A stretch of 64,000 nucleotides of DNA. Origin: Raillietiella orientalis (taxonomy: Eukaryota). Every line of letters begins with the position of its first letter. Position 1 is the stretch's first letter. Location: assembly GCA_036172245.1 (NCBI GenBank), contig JAYWIR010000040.1:992001-1056000 (forward strand), written 5' to 3'. This document shows, piece by piece, positions 61,701-64,000 of this stretch. The translations under genes and the position numbers were made by a program. A model generated the notes under the pieces. That model did not search any database. It saw only the letters and a list, made by a program, of their open reading frames with translations, and was not told where the DNA came from.

Positions 61701-64000
61701 TGGCGCCAATCCCTCTGCAAAGAAGTGGACGACCCGTTTAGGGTGGGCGGCTAGCGAAGAGTGGATGGAAACCTCTTGCGCGTTACCCGTTGGCGGACGG
61801 AAGAAGGTTTCTTCGCAAGGTGCGCATCCAGGTCAGGCGCGCGCTTACGGGATTATGGGTTGTCCTGCAGTCGGCATCGCACTTTGCTGACGTCATTCCG
61901 GAGTTGCACTCCATCCGAGCAGGAACACCTTTCGGGATGCTGGGAGCAGCATGCGCTTCCCAGGCACCTCCGTTCCCGCTCGGAAAGTCCGTTCGTGGGG
62001 AAGTTCCCAGCACGAATGGGGTCGCGGCATGGTTTCTTCAGGAAAGCGGGATCGGCCACTGCGGCGAATCCCACTCGATCGTGTCGTGGGAGTGTCGTTT
62101 GGCGAGCGTGAAGGCGCGCTTCTCGAGAAAGCGGCTGCGGAAGGCGAAGGAGCCATTCGTGCCTCGCGAGGGGGAGTCGGAAGTCGAAGGGAACGCGCGG
62201 ACGCCCCCCGTCGGGGACACTTTCATCGGAAGCGGCCGCACGCTCGCGAATCGCTGCCCATCAAAAATCCCGAAAGCTGTCGACACTCAAAGGAAGGCGC
62301 GCTGATTCCACGCACATTCAGCTACAGATTGATTTCACCATGCGCAGATCTTCACCAGCTTGAGGGACGTGCATCTTGGTGACAGCCACGTTCTTTGCAC
62401 AGACGGATTTCTGGGGAGTGGTGATACCAACGAGTTGTTGGCTGCTTTGTAGGTACACACGGGATTAGGGATCACAACAACTCCATGTACGTGCGTGTCA
62501 CGTGCATTAATGTCTTGAAATAATCCAAGCATAGGTGGCTATGCTGAGGTCCAGCAGCCGGACGAAAGCCGCCTGCGCGCTCCGCCACGAAGCATCCGCC
62601 TAGGAAGTCTCGGCATCGCCCATCCGATCGGATGCTGCATGTCGCTCGCGTGCGATGCCAAGTTGCCGCCTGATTGGCTGATGCGCGGGAGGCGCGCGGC
62701 GCGTCGCGTTCGGGGTGCGCGCGAATATTCGCGTCACTCACGGGAGCCACGCGCGCGCAGATCGACGGGGAGCGGAGGCAGACTCGCAAGGATTCTCAGC
62801 AAAACGCCACCAGGCTGGCGGAAAAATGGCGAACCGGGAGCATCGCTGGCTGATTCTTGCTTGTTTGCCTCTCCCGAGGACTGCAGGAACGAGAAAAGGA
62901 GGAAAGGGAAAAGACAGCAGCTGAGCGGTGAGCCGTTCCGTGTGATGGATGAGCCGCAAGTCGATGGTCGCGACACCATCGAAGCGTCGGGAGGTTGCGA
63001 AGGCACGAGGACGGCTGTGAATCCATTAAGTGGGCGGCTGTCGACCACTTGCGGAGTTGCTGACCGATCGACCGCTTCTTCGGAAACGTCCTTGGTCCCG
63101 TGAGCACGGAAGCAATGCTGCTGCATCTGCCAGAGGGCAGCTCTACGAACGACCCGGTTTGCGTGGACGAGGAACGCCTCCGTCACGAAAGGAAGCGGGC
63201 GCACCCGTGCCGACCACATGAGCGCTTGCCGAACGAGGAGAGGGAGCGGAAGCTGGGGGCACGAGCCAGAAGCTGGCTGCAGGTGCAGGAGGGTGCGGGC
63301 GGGTACTTGTAGTACCTTAGTGTTCCGTAGGGGTACTTCTGCCCGTCAGAAGCCTGGGCGGATCGTCTCCAGAAAGTGGAGTTGGCGATCGGCCCGTTCC
63401 TGGAGGGCAAGTCTCACTTCCGGAACGGGCCGCGGTATGGAACGCAAACTTTGCGGCCCCCATCCTTCGCCCCCTACTTTTTGTTTGCTCCGTTCCCGTG
63501 GAAATAAAGAAAAGGACGAAGGACCTCGTGCGCATCGCCGTTTGGGGAAACGGGAGGCCAGAGTCCCTTTGATGGACTTGTGTGCTCCACGTCGGGATGG
63601 CGCTCTAGAACTCTTGACGTTGGAGCGGATGGAAATTCAGCTGCGATGGCAAACGTTGGCCGTCGCTGCGAAGTTTTGGAGCACCCCTTGGTGCGTTCCG
63701 GCCCGTCTTCTCGTCAGCCGTGTATCCGGAACGGGAGGAATTGCATCTCATCCTATGTGCCGCGGCAAGAAGATGAGAAGATGCGGCCTTCTCCTCGGAC
63801 GCACGGCCGCGCTGGCGAAGGAGAACGGGTGGATGATCTGCAGCCGCGGCAACTCGAGCGCATGTGTGGAAGAAAGAGTTGGCACGTGGGCGGTAGTGAA
63901 TGAGAGCAGCCACGAGACGTGGAATCGTCTGCTACGCAGCCGCTACGCCCGAGATCCTGGAGTGTCCAGCCAGGAGGACGTGGGCAGAGACGACCTGACT
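58794..64000 (+). mobile_element. Mirror copy of the 12436-18892 LINE (truncated by window end)
   Basis: Reverse complement of 13687-18892; MAPKRREG at ~58896. Confidence 0.7.

Larger units (their letters stand above)
44398..64000 (-). repeat. Right arm of large inverted duplication (continues beyond window)
   Basis: Reverse complement of 13687-33238 with scattered substitutions and small indels. Confidence 0.95.

Noticed and set aside
1..64000. CRISPR arrays, tRNA, rRNA, snRNA or prokaryotic operon-type systems
   Set aside because: No regularly spaced repeats, no recognisable RNA-gene sequence and no long intact ORFs; the DNA is spliced and eukaryotic. Divergent small RNAs could be missed by eye.

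Overview
Eukaryotic, intron-containing DNA. Short introns and TTTCAG/TTTTAG acceptors suggest an invertebrate, plausibly a nematode (inference). The window is dominated by a very large imperfect inverted duplication: a left arm at ~13687-33238 and a right arm at ~44398-64000 (running off the window), with an ~11.2 kb unique spacer. Each arm carries an apparently intact 9-exon CCDC149 gene (predicted 454 aa). The rest is a graveyard of decayed non-LTR retrotransposons, mostly an L1/Tx1-like group (ORF1, APE endonuclease, RT, zinc-binding C-terminus), plus R2/NeSL-like and RTE-like remnants. Four diverged L1/Tx1-like copies share a structured 3' end: a hairpin with a compensatory base change, then AATAAA, a CCGG-N5-CCGG hairpin and no poly(A) tail. 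Two copies share a hyperconserved 5' leader. Almost all ORFs in the supplied track are spurious. TE boundaries and domain calls were made by eye from degenerate motifs and are approximate.
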